From Bacteroidota bacterium (GTDB lineage Bacteria > Bacteroidota > Bacteroidia > 2-12-FULL-35-15), in the NCBI GenBank assembly GCA_021323165.1, contig JAJTCJ010000017.1, positions 8,645 to 72,644 on the forward strand: a stretch of 64,000 bases of DNA, given 5' to 3'. This document shows positions 10,501 to 19,220 of the stretch, in pieces. The notes under the pieces were generated by a model. That model was given only the letters and a program-made list of their open reading frames with translations, was not told where the DNA came from and searched no databases. The position numbers were made by a program, and so were the translations under genes. Numbering within the stretch: the first letter of the stretch is position 1; each line of letters begins with the position of its first letter.

Positions 10501-12091
10501 CAAGATCAGCTTTATTAACTGTTGCAATAAAATCAAGATTCGGGAGCTTTTTAGTAAAATCAACCTTTCCTATGAAATCGAAATCAATGTTATCATCCTT
10601 TACAGCAAGCTTTCCTTTAAAGACTTGTTTTGCAACATTTCCTTCTATTGCAACATTGCTGTAGGTGTAATTATTAAAATCTATAGTTGTGATTGTTCCG
10701 CTGAGCTTTGCAGCTACATCTTCAAGAGTAAAACCTTCACCATCCACTACAACATTGGCAGTTACTTTTCCTAAAAGAGGAGCGTTGAAAAAACGCCCGA
10801 AATCAAAACCATATGAACGGATCTTCCCTTTGTACAATTCTTTATCCTTTTTATCATCATGTCTTAATGAGAGATCCGTTGATAATCTTCCTAATGCCGA
10901 AGAAAAATCCCCATAAGCATAAAAATCGTTATACAAACCCGTAAATGTTCCTTTGAATTTGATATTTCCAAGCTTCTGAATATTGGCTGGCAGATCAAGC
11001 CTGTGATATTCTGTAAAAGGCGGCAGAGGAAATGCTTTCAGATCTTCGTAGTTCGTTGACAAATTTTCAACGTTAAGATGGATAAGTGTTTCATCAAAAT
11101 TCGGTAATCCTGTAAAAGCAAAATCACCGATGTAATGTGTGCTTCCTCCAAGATAAATATCCATTTTTTTTCCTCTTAGATCACTCACTTTTCCGGTCAC
11201 TTTTCCCGTTACCGTAATAGCTTTATAAAGTCCTTTTAATCCGGGAGCAAAATATGCCAGATCATTCATTTCAAGTACAGATTGATCAAACTCCGCACTC
11301 AGCTTTACTTTATTGATGAAATTATTGAAATCGCTGTATTGATCATACTTAAAAGAAAGATCTGTTGCAATATTGCTTTCTGCGGTCCTTAACTTTAGCG
11401 CATCCATTTTCACTCCAACCGGGCTAACATTCACGAATGAGCTTAAGCTTTTAAGAATGAATCCGCTTTTTTCAATAGCTGAAAGATATTCAATGGTACC
11501 ACGGATAGTATCATGATCAAGCTTGATATCAGTAAACCTTCCGTTGATATGATTTACTCCAAGATCAATAAAGTTGATCCCTGTTGTGATCATAGTATCA
11601 TGCTCATTCCTGTAGTTAAATGTTGTATTAACACAAGTAATCTCAGATACTTGAATATCCCAGTATGGTTTAACCGTTTTCGCAGTATCCCAGGAGGTGA
11701 ACGCATCTATTATGAACTGCAGGTTCAGGTCTTCATCTTCCCTGTATTTGATGAGTGAAGCGTTTGTATTCAAAAGAACTACATTGCTTATCAAAAGCTT
11801 ATGTTTTTCAAAATCAAGCTCCCCTAGATCCACTTTAAGCTTTTTAGAATAAAGAAGAGTATCTTTATGCAGATCTTCTATATAAACATCAGTAAGTACA
11901 ACAGTCTTGACAAATTCAATATCAACACTTCCGATCTCTACCTTTGTATGAAGTCTTTTAGATAAATAAGCTGCGGCTTTATGACCTGCAAAGGTTTGTA
12001 TGCTTTTGACCTGGATAAGTAAAAATAAAAGTACTGACAGAAATATCAGTATGGAGATAAGACGAAATAATATGTTTGTTAGTTTTTTAAT
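7571..12091 (-). CDS. tamB: Translocation and assembly module TamB family protein
   Basis: About 1500 aa; N-terminal TM anchor then a QT motif; C-terminal DUF490-like region (QLFDDRLSIDGN, YTQGVGVLYREEFD); start uncertain (ORF open to 12157, ATT at 12091 proposed). Confidence 0.85.
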   Translation of the reverse strand: MKKLTNILFRLISILIFLSVLLFLLIQVKSIQTFAGHKAAAYLSKRLHTKVEIGSVDIEFVKTVVLTDVYIEDLHKDTLLYSKKLKVDLGELDFEKHKLLISNVVLLNTNASLIKYREDEDLNLQFIIDAFTSWDTAKTVKPYWDIQVSEITCVNTTFNYRNEHDTMITTGINFIDLGVNHINGRFTDIKLDHDTIRGTIEYLSAIEKSGFILKSLSSFVNVSPVGVKMDALKLRTAESNIATDLSFKYDQYSDFNNFINKVKLSAEFDQSVLEMNDLAYFAPGLKGLYKAITVTGKVTGKVSDLRGKKMDIYLGGSTHYIGDFAFTGLPNFDETLIHLNVENLSTNYEDLKAFPLPPFTEYHRLDLPANIQKLGNIKFKGTFTGLYNDFYAYGDFSSALGRLSTDLSLRHDDKKDKELYKGKIRSYGFDFGRFFNAPLLGKVTANVVVDGEGFTLEDVAAKLSGTITTIDFNNYTYSNVAIEGNVAKQVFKGKLAVKDDNIDFDFIGKVDFTKKLPNLDFIATVNKADLGALHFVKTDKKTDLSTQVIINVTGNNIDNLIGQINFDNTVYKENDDVYKLSVFNLISEEENGVKSIKLFSDFCDARIRGSFKILELPSSLQNLMNNYLPAYVKKSKSKSNPLQIFEYSFLFKMTEAVTRLFAPEIKIAPRTSITGNYNSSLSDLSLKGNSSRLELYGYVLQNWNIDAETKFKELDVRMTSDRFYLTDSLWLTDLSLNTSTLDDSVNLQVTWDNQAKTKLYKGDLNAFLRFNSDQQIQFKILPSVFVISDSIWDVSKTNEVLVDSSRISIRDLMFEHDKQSIAVNGIISKNKQDQVVLDLNNFNLANLNVITRPLGLKLRGTVTGQSRVQDAYNNMIFTSNTTFNSLFLNDEQIGDGDVESVWDKAKEALYLHGTFTLGIIPNILFSGYYYPKRQEENLDMEVNLQAIQMRVFEPYIQDYCSDFKGQFSGAMTLKGSVKKPLVAGKLNVNAKKVTVSYLNTSYHFNHDIIIENNSFGIEDMVLYDINNNKAIATGKLYHDNFKDFQLDYDIRATKFMCLNTTEAENNLYYGKAYVTGIINIFGFVKDELRIDANVKTEKITSNDKSDKVSLLSKTEITKLFIPLSGPAEVSENNFITFVKKDSVSTNKNIYNVKLGGLALNFDLEVTPDAEVQLIFDQKVGDVIKARGEGNIKLQISSRGEFKMYGDYVIENGDYLFTLQNIINKRFDIEKGSVIKWSGVPYKADVNINAVYKARASLKPFFPTDSSSTYKRRYPVDLKLAMTDDLLSPEINFDINIPTVDAGIRQQVMSYINTDAEMNRQVFSLLILNSFVTPPQLTGAGTGPGVASATYANTSELLSNQLSNMLSKISNDFDIGVNYRPGDEISKEELGVALSTQLFDDRLSIDGNLGVNNNNNATTNNTNNIVGDVNVDYKITDDGKFRIKAFNKANDNNQIYTAGPYTQGVGVLYREEFDTIGQLYKRYLGNLRERKKNKQNSTKTDPLPQDN

Positions 12092-12098
12092 ACCTTTG
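12091..12098 (+). promoter_or_regulatory. -7 promoter element for tsaD
   Basis: TACCTTTG upstream of ATG 12145. Confidence 0.6.
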
Positions 12099-12144
12099 AA
12101 TTTTAAGAGCCGTCCCGCTGAAAGGCGGGACGAAGTTAACGATA

Positions 12145-13049
12145 ATGAGTAAACCAAGGAACTGGCTTCACGCGCTCATCAGCAGAATATAATTCCTGTT
12201 GTTGATCAGGCCATTCAAAAAGCCGGTATTAAAAAAGAAGATATAAGCGCCATTGCTTTTACAAGAGGCCCCGGATTAATGGGCTCACTCCTCGTTGGAA
12301 CATCATTTTCAAAGGCTTTTGCTATGGGATTACAAATTCCTCTCATTGAAGTTAACCATATGCAGGGGCATATTTTAGCTCATTTTATTGACACTCCCGA
12401 AGAAACACCTAAGAAGCCGTCTTTCCCTTTTATTTGTCTCACCGTTTCCGGAGGACATACCCAGATAGTTGTTGTTAAAGATCATTTCGATATGCAGGTG
12501 ATCGGAGAAACCATTGATGATGCCGCTGGTGAAGCTTTTGACAAAGCAGCTAAAATAATGGGACTGCCATATCCCGGAGGTCCGCTGATCGATAAATATG
12601 CTAAAGAAGGTAATCCGAAAGCTTATAAGTTTACCAAGCCTCATATCCCGGAATTGAATTTCTCTTTCAGTGGATTAAAAACGGGATTTATGAACTTCAT
12701 TAATAACGAAAGTGCCAGAGATTCCGGTTTTGTGGAAAATAACAAGGCTGACATCTGCGCATCCATTCAGTTTACTATCATTACTATATTAATGGATAAG
12801 CTTAAAGCTGCCTCGGAACAAACCGGTATAAAACAAATAGCCATTGCAGGGGGTGTTTCTGCAAACTCAGGTTTACGCGATACTTTAAAAAAACTTGAAA
12901 AAGAATTAGCTTGGGAGGTTTTTATTCCGAAATTTGAATATTGTACCGATAATGCTGCAATGATTGCCATAACCGGATATTATAAATATTTAAAGAAAGA
13001 TTTTACAAGCCAGGCAGCAACACCATTGGCCCGGTATGAATTAAAATAA
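12145..13049 (+). pseudogene. tsaD: tRNA N6-adenosine threonylcarbamoyltransferase TsaD, disrupted in this sequence by an N-terminal block deletion and frameshift (probably an assembly gap)
   Basis: ELASRAHQQ, TRGPGLMGSL, NHMQGH, SGGHT, DDAAGEAFDK, CTDNAAMI all present; ATG AGT AAA CCA is joined out of frame to ELASRAH; the GIESSCDD region is missing. Confidence 0.9.
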
Positions 13050-13050
13050 A

Positions 13051-13764
13051 TTGAATAAAAAACTTACATACTATATTTTATTTATCAGCACTGTTCTTCC
13101 GCTCTGTATGAACGGAATGGAAACAGATACTATCATTCGGAAGAAGCCTGTTAAAACCGACAATTTAAAAGAGAGAATTTTCAATTCTCCAATGGTTCTT
13201 AAAACCAGCCCTACCGCGTTTCTTTTAGGGGCTATGTTTCCTCCTTTTACAGCAGAGTACAGATTAATGATGGAAATCAGTTCCGGAAAAAGACAATCTG
13301 AACAGCTTGGAATATCTTATCTTGGAAAGAACATCTTCGTGAATGCTATTGAGAAAGCAGCAAACATTCCTGCCGAATATCATTATAAAGTTGAAGGCTG
13401 GAGAATACAATACGCTCATAAATTTTATCTTGTAGGAAGAAGAGGTTATGCTCCATTTGGTTTTTTTGTGGGGCCATCCGTTTCTTATGCAAATGCGAGG
13501 ATCGCGATCGGCCGCAAAAGATATTATGAAGAAGTGTATTTTGATTTCAGGCACTTTAACGTGAATGCTATAATTGGCGTGCAGGTAGGAAAAGCAAACA
13601 GTTTAACTTTTGAAGTTTATGGCGGTATTGGATATAAATCAAATAAGGTTTATTACCACTCAAGTTCTGCCAATATTACCCCATACGATACAGAAGATTT
13701 CGGTCTTATCTACCAAACGAATCTGAACCTATTATTTGGGATAAATATAGGATATGCCAGATAA
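13051..13764 (+). CDS. Putative outer-membrane beta-barrel protein (DUF3575-like)
   Basis: Signal peptide; amphipathic aromatic strands; ends GINIGYAR. Confidence 0.6.
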   Translation: MNKKLTYYILFISTVLPLCMNGMETDTIIRKKPVKTDNLKERIFNSPMVLKTSPTAFLLGAMFPPFTAEYRLMMEISSGKRQSEQLGISYLGKNIFVNAIEKAANIPAEYHYKVEGWRIQYAHKFYLVGRRGYAPFGFFVGPSVSYANARIAIGRKRYYEEVYFDFRHFNVNAIIGVQVGKANSLTFEVYGGIGYKSNKVYYHSSSANITPYDTEDFGLIYQTNLNLLFGINIGYAR

Positions 13765-13795
13765 AAAAAGCCGCCTCTATTCAGAAGCGGCTTTT
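13763..13795. terminator. Bidirectional intrinsic terminator
   Basis: A-tract, GCCGC stem, loop, GCGGC, T-tract between convergent genes. Confidence 0.75.
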
Positions 13796-13812
13796 AAATT
13801 TTTCAATAAATG

Positions 13813-16227
13813 TTATTTCATTTTTATTATTCTAAGCTGTGCATTTCCCTCATCACCATTAATAACATTAACCAAATACATTCCTGAGCTGAGGCCATCA
13901 ATTGTGAAAGATCCTTTCAGCTGTGAGATCTTAATTGATCTGATCACTCTTCCTGTAACATCCATGATTTCAATTCTTGAATCAGAAGTTATTTTAGTCA
14001 GATCATAAGAAACCGTTGTTTGATCTGAAAATGGATTCGGATACACATTTAAGATTGTATTCGTTTTTACATTTTCTTCTACCCCAACTACATTGCCTTC
14101 GGTGATCTGAAACTGATCAAACGCTGCTTCAACGAGATGACCACTTGCAATATCAGCCGTCCTTACAATTAATTTCATGGTAGCCGTAACAGCTATTATT
14201 GAATCTATAGGGAATGATCTATAAACCCAGCTTGAATTTCCCGGACTATTATATATTAAAGAATCCACTGTGACAGTTGTAATTCCATTATTCAGGCTGA
14301 TCTTTAAATAATCATTAGGAACACCTGATCCACCTGCATTATAAAACCAATGAGTATAGTTCAAATAAGGATTTGAATAATTTGAAAGATTAAATATAGG
14401 GGATGTTAAGAGTGTAGAACCGTTATCGACATCATCGGAAGCAGCACTTCCACCGCCATTACCTGTAACATATGCACGGTTACCGCAATCTAAACTATCA
14501 TCCATACCAGGATTTGAAAAAGCCGTTCCATTCATTGTTCCTACAGGAACCCCTCTCTCCCAATCTCCTGTAGATGCACTTCCGGTAACTGTCCATCCGA
14601 AGTTAAAAGTGAAATCATCATAATAACCCGGAGAGACTTCAAATATCAAATCTCCTGAAGTAGAATTGATCACCATATTACGGGCGCAGTTCGTCAAATA
14701 TCCCCACTTTCCTCCCGCAACTTCATAATTTCCAGGGTATATTCCGGGAATAGTAAAATTACCTGATGCATCGGTTACTGTCGAATAATTGAAATCATTA
14801 TTTCCAATGGAAACATTCGCACCTGCAACACCAGTTGTGGTACCGGTTTCAATTACCCTTCCGTTTAATGAAATCACCTGAATAGGAATTAAAGCAACAT
14901 CCCTGATAGTAACACTTGCCGGAACCAAAGACACTCCAGTGATAGTTTTAGAATAATATCCAGGCTTAGAATAAACAACTGTGTATAAACCTCCCGGTGA
15001 AGGAAGTCCTGTTCTATATGTACCGGTTATGTCTGAGTTGTCTGAAACGTTCGATGACATGATCTGTACGCCTGCTCCTGTGATCGGCAGACCGGTAACA
15101 GAGTCCGTAACCATACCTTCAAGATAACAAGCACGTTCGTAAGTTGGAGTGAAAACAAATAATCCATCTTCCATATTCGAAACGACAATAGTTCCGGAAG
15201 GAAGATAAGGATATACTCCCCAGGTTCCTTCAAAACCACCACCGCTAGCTGCATAAGTATCATAATTTCCAACCTGAACTAAATTTGAAGGACGGCCTGC
15301 ATCTACAATTGTAAAACCGTCTTTATACCAGGACGTAACTGCATAATCATTTCCTCCAACACGGATGATATGCGTATTATGCACAACCGACTGAGATCCT
15401 GGATTAGATTGAATTCTGTCTAACTCTACAATATTGGTTGGATCTGTAACATCATAAGAAGTAAGAAATGAATTATCTACCTCATCAGTAGTAAATAATG
15501 TTTTACTGTTAGTAGAAAGCCAGGTATTATGAGTGAAATTGCTGGGAGTATACTTTATTGAAAGTTCAACCGGTGTAGCTTTATTAGTAAAATCTACAAC
15601 TGAAAAATATCCTGCATAGATATGTCCGGCCCACAAAGTATCATTTCTTACATAACCATCATGAACGTAAGCCTGTTGGCCCGCTCCTACTTCATATTTA
15701 CCAGCAAAAGTCGGGTTCCATGGATCTGTAAGATCCGCAGCAATTGCTCCTCCGTTAAACAAATTACTTCCATATAAATATGCAAAATGGCCATCAATAT
15801 GCAATGCATGGATTGTATTTAAAGCTCCGGCAATAGTTCCGTCACCCGTCCAATTTTTATAAACTATTCCTGTAACATCCGGAAGACTTCTCATATTAAC
15901 GATCTGCAATCCTCCCCCACCTTCAGTTGTAACATAAGCATAGTTACCATAAACCTTAATTTCTTTCCAGAGATTATTTACATTCGGGATCTTTTTTACC
16001 TCAACAGGAGTTGATGGATTTGTTACATCAACAATTGACATTCCATCCTCTACACCAACTAGAGCATATTCATTTCCTAATGAATCCACATACCCGCAGA
16101 TATTAGCACAGGTTTTACCTGGATATGCCAGCTGGCCACGTAAAACAACATTCAGATTCTGTGCGATAACACTTGCTGATATAGAAAGAGCAAGTGTAAC
16201 GCAAGTAAACAACATTCGTAATTTCAT
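13813..16227 (-). CDS. Choice-of-anchor B / LVIVD-repeat protein with carboxypeptidase-regulatory-like domains and T9SS CTD
   Basis: YVHD, FTHNTW, TTDE, VVHN, GTWGVYPYLPSG motifs; two beta-sandwich repeats; VYPNPF...SGMYLV CTD. Confidence 0.85.
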   Translation of the reverse strand: MKLRMLFTCVTLALSISASVIAQNLNVVLRGQLAYPGKTCANICGYVDSLGNEYALVGVEDGMSIVDVTNPSTPVEVKKIPNVNNLWKEIKVYGNYAYVTTEGGGGLQIVNMRSLPDVTGIVYKNWTGDGTIAGALNTIHALHIDGHFAYLYGSNLFNGGAIAADLTDPWNPTFAGKYEVGAGQQAYVHDGYVRNDTLWAGHIYAGYFSVVDFTNKATPVELSIKYTPSNFTHNTWLSTNSKTLFTTDEVDNSFLTSYDVTDPTNIVELDRIQSNPGSQSVVHNTHIIRVGGNDYAVTSWYKDGFTIVDAGRPSNLVQVGNYDTYAASGGGFEGTWGVYPYLPSGTIVVSNMEDGLFVFTPTYERACYLEGMVTDSVTGLPITGAGVQIMSSNVSDNSDITGTYRTGLPSPGGLYTVVYSKPGYYSKTITGVSLVPASVTIRDVALIPIQVISLNGRVIETGTTTGVAGANVSIGNNDFNYSTVTDASGNFTIPGIYPGNYEVAGGKWGYLTNCARNMVINSTSGDLIFEVSPGYYDDFTFNFGWTVTGSASTGDWERGVPVGTMNGTAFSNPGMDDSLDCGNRAYVTGNGGGSAASDDVDNGSTLLTSPIFNLSNYSNPYLNYTHWFYNAGGSGVPNDYLKISLNNGITTVTVDSLIYNSPGNSSWVYRSFPIDSIIAVTATMKLIVRTADIASGHLVEAAFDQFQITEGNVVGVEENVKTNTILNVYPNPFSDQTTVSYDLTKITSDSRIEIMDVTGRVIRSIKISQLKGSFTIDGLSSGMYLVNVINGDEGNAQLRIIKMK

Positions 16228-16351
16228 TTCAATAAGAGAGATTTAGTTTAGAGGGATGATTATCTGTCTAAGTACGGTATTTTATTCTGAAAAACCAAGA
16301 ATATAGCAGGTGGAAATCAGGATCAGAAAGACCTGAATCATGAGTATATGG

Positions 16352-16388
16352 CAAAAAAAAATCCCGTTCTTTCAAACGGAATCTTTTT
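16352..16388 (-). terminator. Probable intrinsic terminator of parC
   Basis: Imperfect CCGTT/AACGG stem next to an A9 tract (U-tract on minus strand). Confidence 0.55.
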
Positions 16389-16389
16389 A

Positions 16390-19098
16390 TTAATCGAAAT
16401 CAAGTGTCAGATCTTTTCCATCATCCTTACCTTTTTTTCTCTTTTTCTTTTCTTCTGAAGGAAGCTTTATTTCAGCATTGATCATTTGGTCAATTGAAAG
16501 CATATTCTTTTCTTTTGCCGGCTCTTGCGCTTTTTTTATTGCTTCGAGCGGTGACATACCGCTTTCTTCAAACTCTTCCAGAACATCTTCTTCAATATGG
16601 ACCTCAACAGGAGGAAGTAAGTTGATCTCTTTCACCTTAGCATAGGACAATTTATTGCCTTTTGCCTTAAGTCCTTTAACTTCTATGAACTCATGAAGCT
16701 TGATCTGCTCAGTAGGAACTTCCTTATCTTTTACCTTTGAGAATTTCACCTCTACTATCGGTAATTCTTCAGTAGTCACAACTTCAATGCGTGATCCTTC
16801 AGCTTCTGAAATAAAGAGTGTTTTCTTATCATTGACCTCAACCATAAAACGTTTTACAAAATATGTTTTACTTTCTCCGTCAAGGTATATTGCCGAAACA
16901 GGTTTTTTCGGATTGAACTTCTCTATCAGAACCATATCCTGATCGAAATGTGTGGAAACATCAAAACCTGTAAGCTTGTAATATCCATTCTGTGTTACTG
17001 TCAGGATCTTATCTTCAGGGCCGAAGCTTCCTAAAAACTGACCGCGCTTGTCGGTATTTAATCTGTGAACAGTGTCATCAAACCAGATGTCACGCGCTCC
17101 TAAAGTTGATACGCCTTTTTCTTTAAGAATGATCTTTCTTACAGCATATTTGGTAACCACATTTCCTAATGAATTCCGTCCTTTTACAGCTAACTCAGAG
17201 AAATTAAGGTCCCACTGAACCTTTCTTAATCCCGGCATAGGCTTTAACTGGACCTCAACAACTTCAGCTTCTCCATTTGGATTTGCAGTAAAATATAAGA
17301 CTTCAGAACCTTTCGTTCCTTTGGTAAGATCATATTGCTTATCGCGTGTAACCCCCGTAACCGGGAAGCGTTTCATAAACACGCTGCCTGATTTCCCATC
17401 ACGATAGATCATATTATAAACAGTGCGTTCATCATTCTTTTTGAACACTGCAATATGTATGAGGTCTTTTCCTACGAAAGCTTTATCTGCAACCTTGGAA
17501 ACCTGCATGGTTCCATCCTTACGAAAGACAATGATATCATCTATATCAGAACACTCTCCAACAAATTCATCTTTCTTTAATCCGTATCCGGCAAAACCTT
17601 CTTCACGGTTCACATATAATTTTTCATTTGCAACAACAACGCTTGTCGCGACAATTGTTTCAAAAGACTTGATCTCAGTTTTACGCTCGCGGCCCGGACC
17701 ATATTTCTTTTTTAGGTTCTTGAAATACTCGATCGCGTAATCTGTAAGATGTGCCAGGTGGTGATCGATCTCTTTGATACGGGCATCCAGTGATCTCATT
17801 TTTTCATCTGCTTTTGCAGAATCGAAACGAGTGATACGAATCATTGGAATTTGTGTAAGCTTTTCGAAATCCTCATTTGTGATCTCGCGGATGAACTGTT
17901 TCTTATATTTGGCGAAACGTCCGTCAAGATATCCAAATAAACTTGCCTTGTCGGAATAATTCTTAAAGTCAATATACATTTCATCCTTGATGAAGATCTT
18001 CTCAAGAGAAGCAAACATATAAGATTCCTGCAATTCACCTTTTTCAATCTCGAGCTCGCTCTTTAAGAGACCTAAAGTCTGATGAGTGGAGATCTTGAGT
18101 ATTTCATTAACCCCAATAAATCTCGGTTTGTCATTTTCAATGATACATGCATTCGGAGAAATTGAAACTTCACAATCAGTGAAAGCATACAATGCATCAA
18201 TTGTTTTATCAGGAGAGATGCCGGGAACAAGATGAACAACAATTTCAACATTTTCAGCTGTATTATCTTCTACCTTTTTTATCTTGATCTTTCCTTTGTC
18301 GTTCGCAGCAACTATTGAATCTATAAGCGATCCTGTGGTTGTACCAAAAGGGATCTCATTGATCACAAGCGTCTTTTTATCCAGCAATGATATCTTTGCT
18401 CTCACTCTCACCTTACCACCACGCAATCCATCATTGTAATTACCGAAATCAGCCATCCCGGCAGTAATAAAATCAGGAAGAATATCAGTTCTCTTACCCT
18501 TAAGGATTGCTACTGAAGCATCACATAATTCATTAAAGTTATGAGGAAGCATTTTGCAGGCTAAACCTACTGCAATACCTTCTACTCCCTGAGCCAATAA
18601 TAATGGGAATTTAACGGGTAACGTCTCCGGCTCTTTGTTTCGGCCATCATAACTTAAAAGCCAGGTGGTTGTTTTAGGATTGAACACAACTTCCTGAGCA
18701 AACTTGGATAAGCGGGCTTCAATATAACGAGGTGCTGCTGCTCTGTCACCTGTTAAAATATTCCCCCAGTTTCCCTGTGTATCTATTAAAAGATCTTTTT
18801 GTCCTAATGCAACAAGAGCATCTCCAATACTCATATCCCCGTGAGGATGATATTTCATGGTATGCCCGATAATGTTCGCAACCTTATTATAGCGTCCGTC
18901 ATCAAGGTCATTCATAGAATGAAGGATCCTTCTCTGAACGGGTTTTAAACCATCTTCCACATAAGGTACCGCTCTTTCCAGGATTACATAAGAAGCATAA
19001 TCCAAAAACCAATTCTGGTACATTCCCGATACGTGAGTGATGTTATGCAGCTCCTCACCTCCACCGGTGTTTTCTTCGTTTATATTTTCTTCGCTCAT
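16390..19098 (-). CDS. parC: DNA topoisomerase IV subunit A (Bacteroidota type)
   Basis: DGLKPVQRRIL, YHPHGD, AAAPRYIEARL (catalytic Tyr); downstream of parE. Confidence 0.95.
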   Translation of the reverse strand: MSEENINEENTGGGEELHNITHVSGMYQNWFLDYASYVILERAVPYVEDGLKPVQRRILHSMNDLDDGRYNKVANIIGHTMKYHPHGDMSIGDALVALGQKDLLIDTQGNWGNILTGDRAAAPRYIEARLSKFAQEVVFNPKTTTWLLSYDGRNKEPETLPVKFPLLLAQGVEGIAVGLACKMLPHNFNELCDASVAILKGKRTDILPDFITAGMADFGNYNDGLRGGKVRVRAKISLLDKKTLVINEIPFGTTTGSLIDSIVAANDKGKIKIKKVEDNTAENVEIVVHLVPGISPDKTIDALYAFTDCEVSISPNACIIENDKPRFIGVNEILKISTHQTLGLLKSELEIEKGELQESYMFASLEKIFIKDEMYIDFKNYSDKASLFGYLDGRFAKYKKQFIREITNEDFEKLTQIPMIRITRFDSAKADEKMRSLDARIKEIDHHLAHLTDYAIEYFKNLKKKYGPGRERKTEIKSFETIVATSVVVANEKLYVNREEGFAGYGLKKDEFVGECSDIDDIIVFRKDGTMQVSKVADKAFVGKDLIHIAVFKKNDERTVYNMIYRDGKSGSVFMKRFPVTGVTRDKQYDLTKGTKGSEVLYFTANPNGEAEVVEVQLKPMPGLRKVQWDLNFSELAVKGRNSLGNVVTKYAVRKIILKEKGVSTLGARDIWFDDTVHRLNTDKRGQFLGSFGPEDKILTVTQNGYYKLTGFDVSTHFDQDMVLIEKFNPKKPVSAIYLDGESKTYFVKRFMVEVNDKKTLFISEAEGSRIEVVTTEELPIVEVKFSKVKDKEVPTEQIKLHEFIEVKGLKAKGNKLSYAKVKEINLLPPVEVHIEEDVLEEFEESGMSPLEAIKKAQEPAKEKNMLSIDQMINAEIKLPSEEKKKRKKGKDDGKDLTLDFD

Positions 19099-19122
19099 AG
19101 ATTATTAAAATTCTGTAAAAGA

Positions 19123-19207
19123 TGTCATCTCGACCGCAGTGGAGAGATCTTTTTATTAAAAAACAATATTTCAGGAACAAGATTCCTCCGCTTCGGTCGG
19201 AATGACA
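19123..19207. repeat. GTCAT...ATGAC paired palindromic element
   Basis: TGTCATCTCGACCGCAGTGGAGAGATCT ... AGATTCCTCCGCTTCGGTCGGAATGACA inverted arms. Confidence 0.8.
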
Positions 19208-19220
19208 GAAACACTTATCT

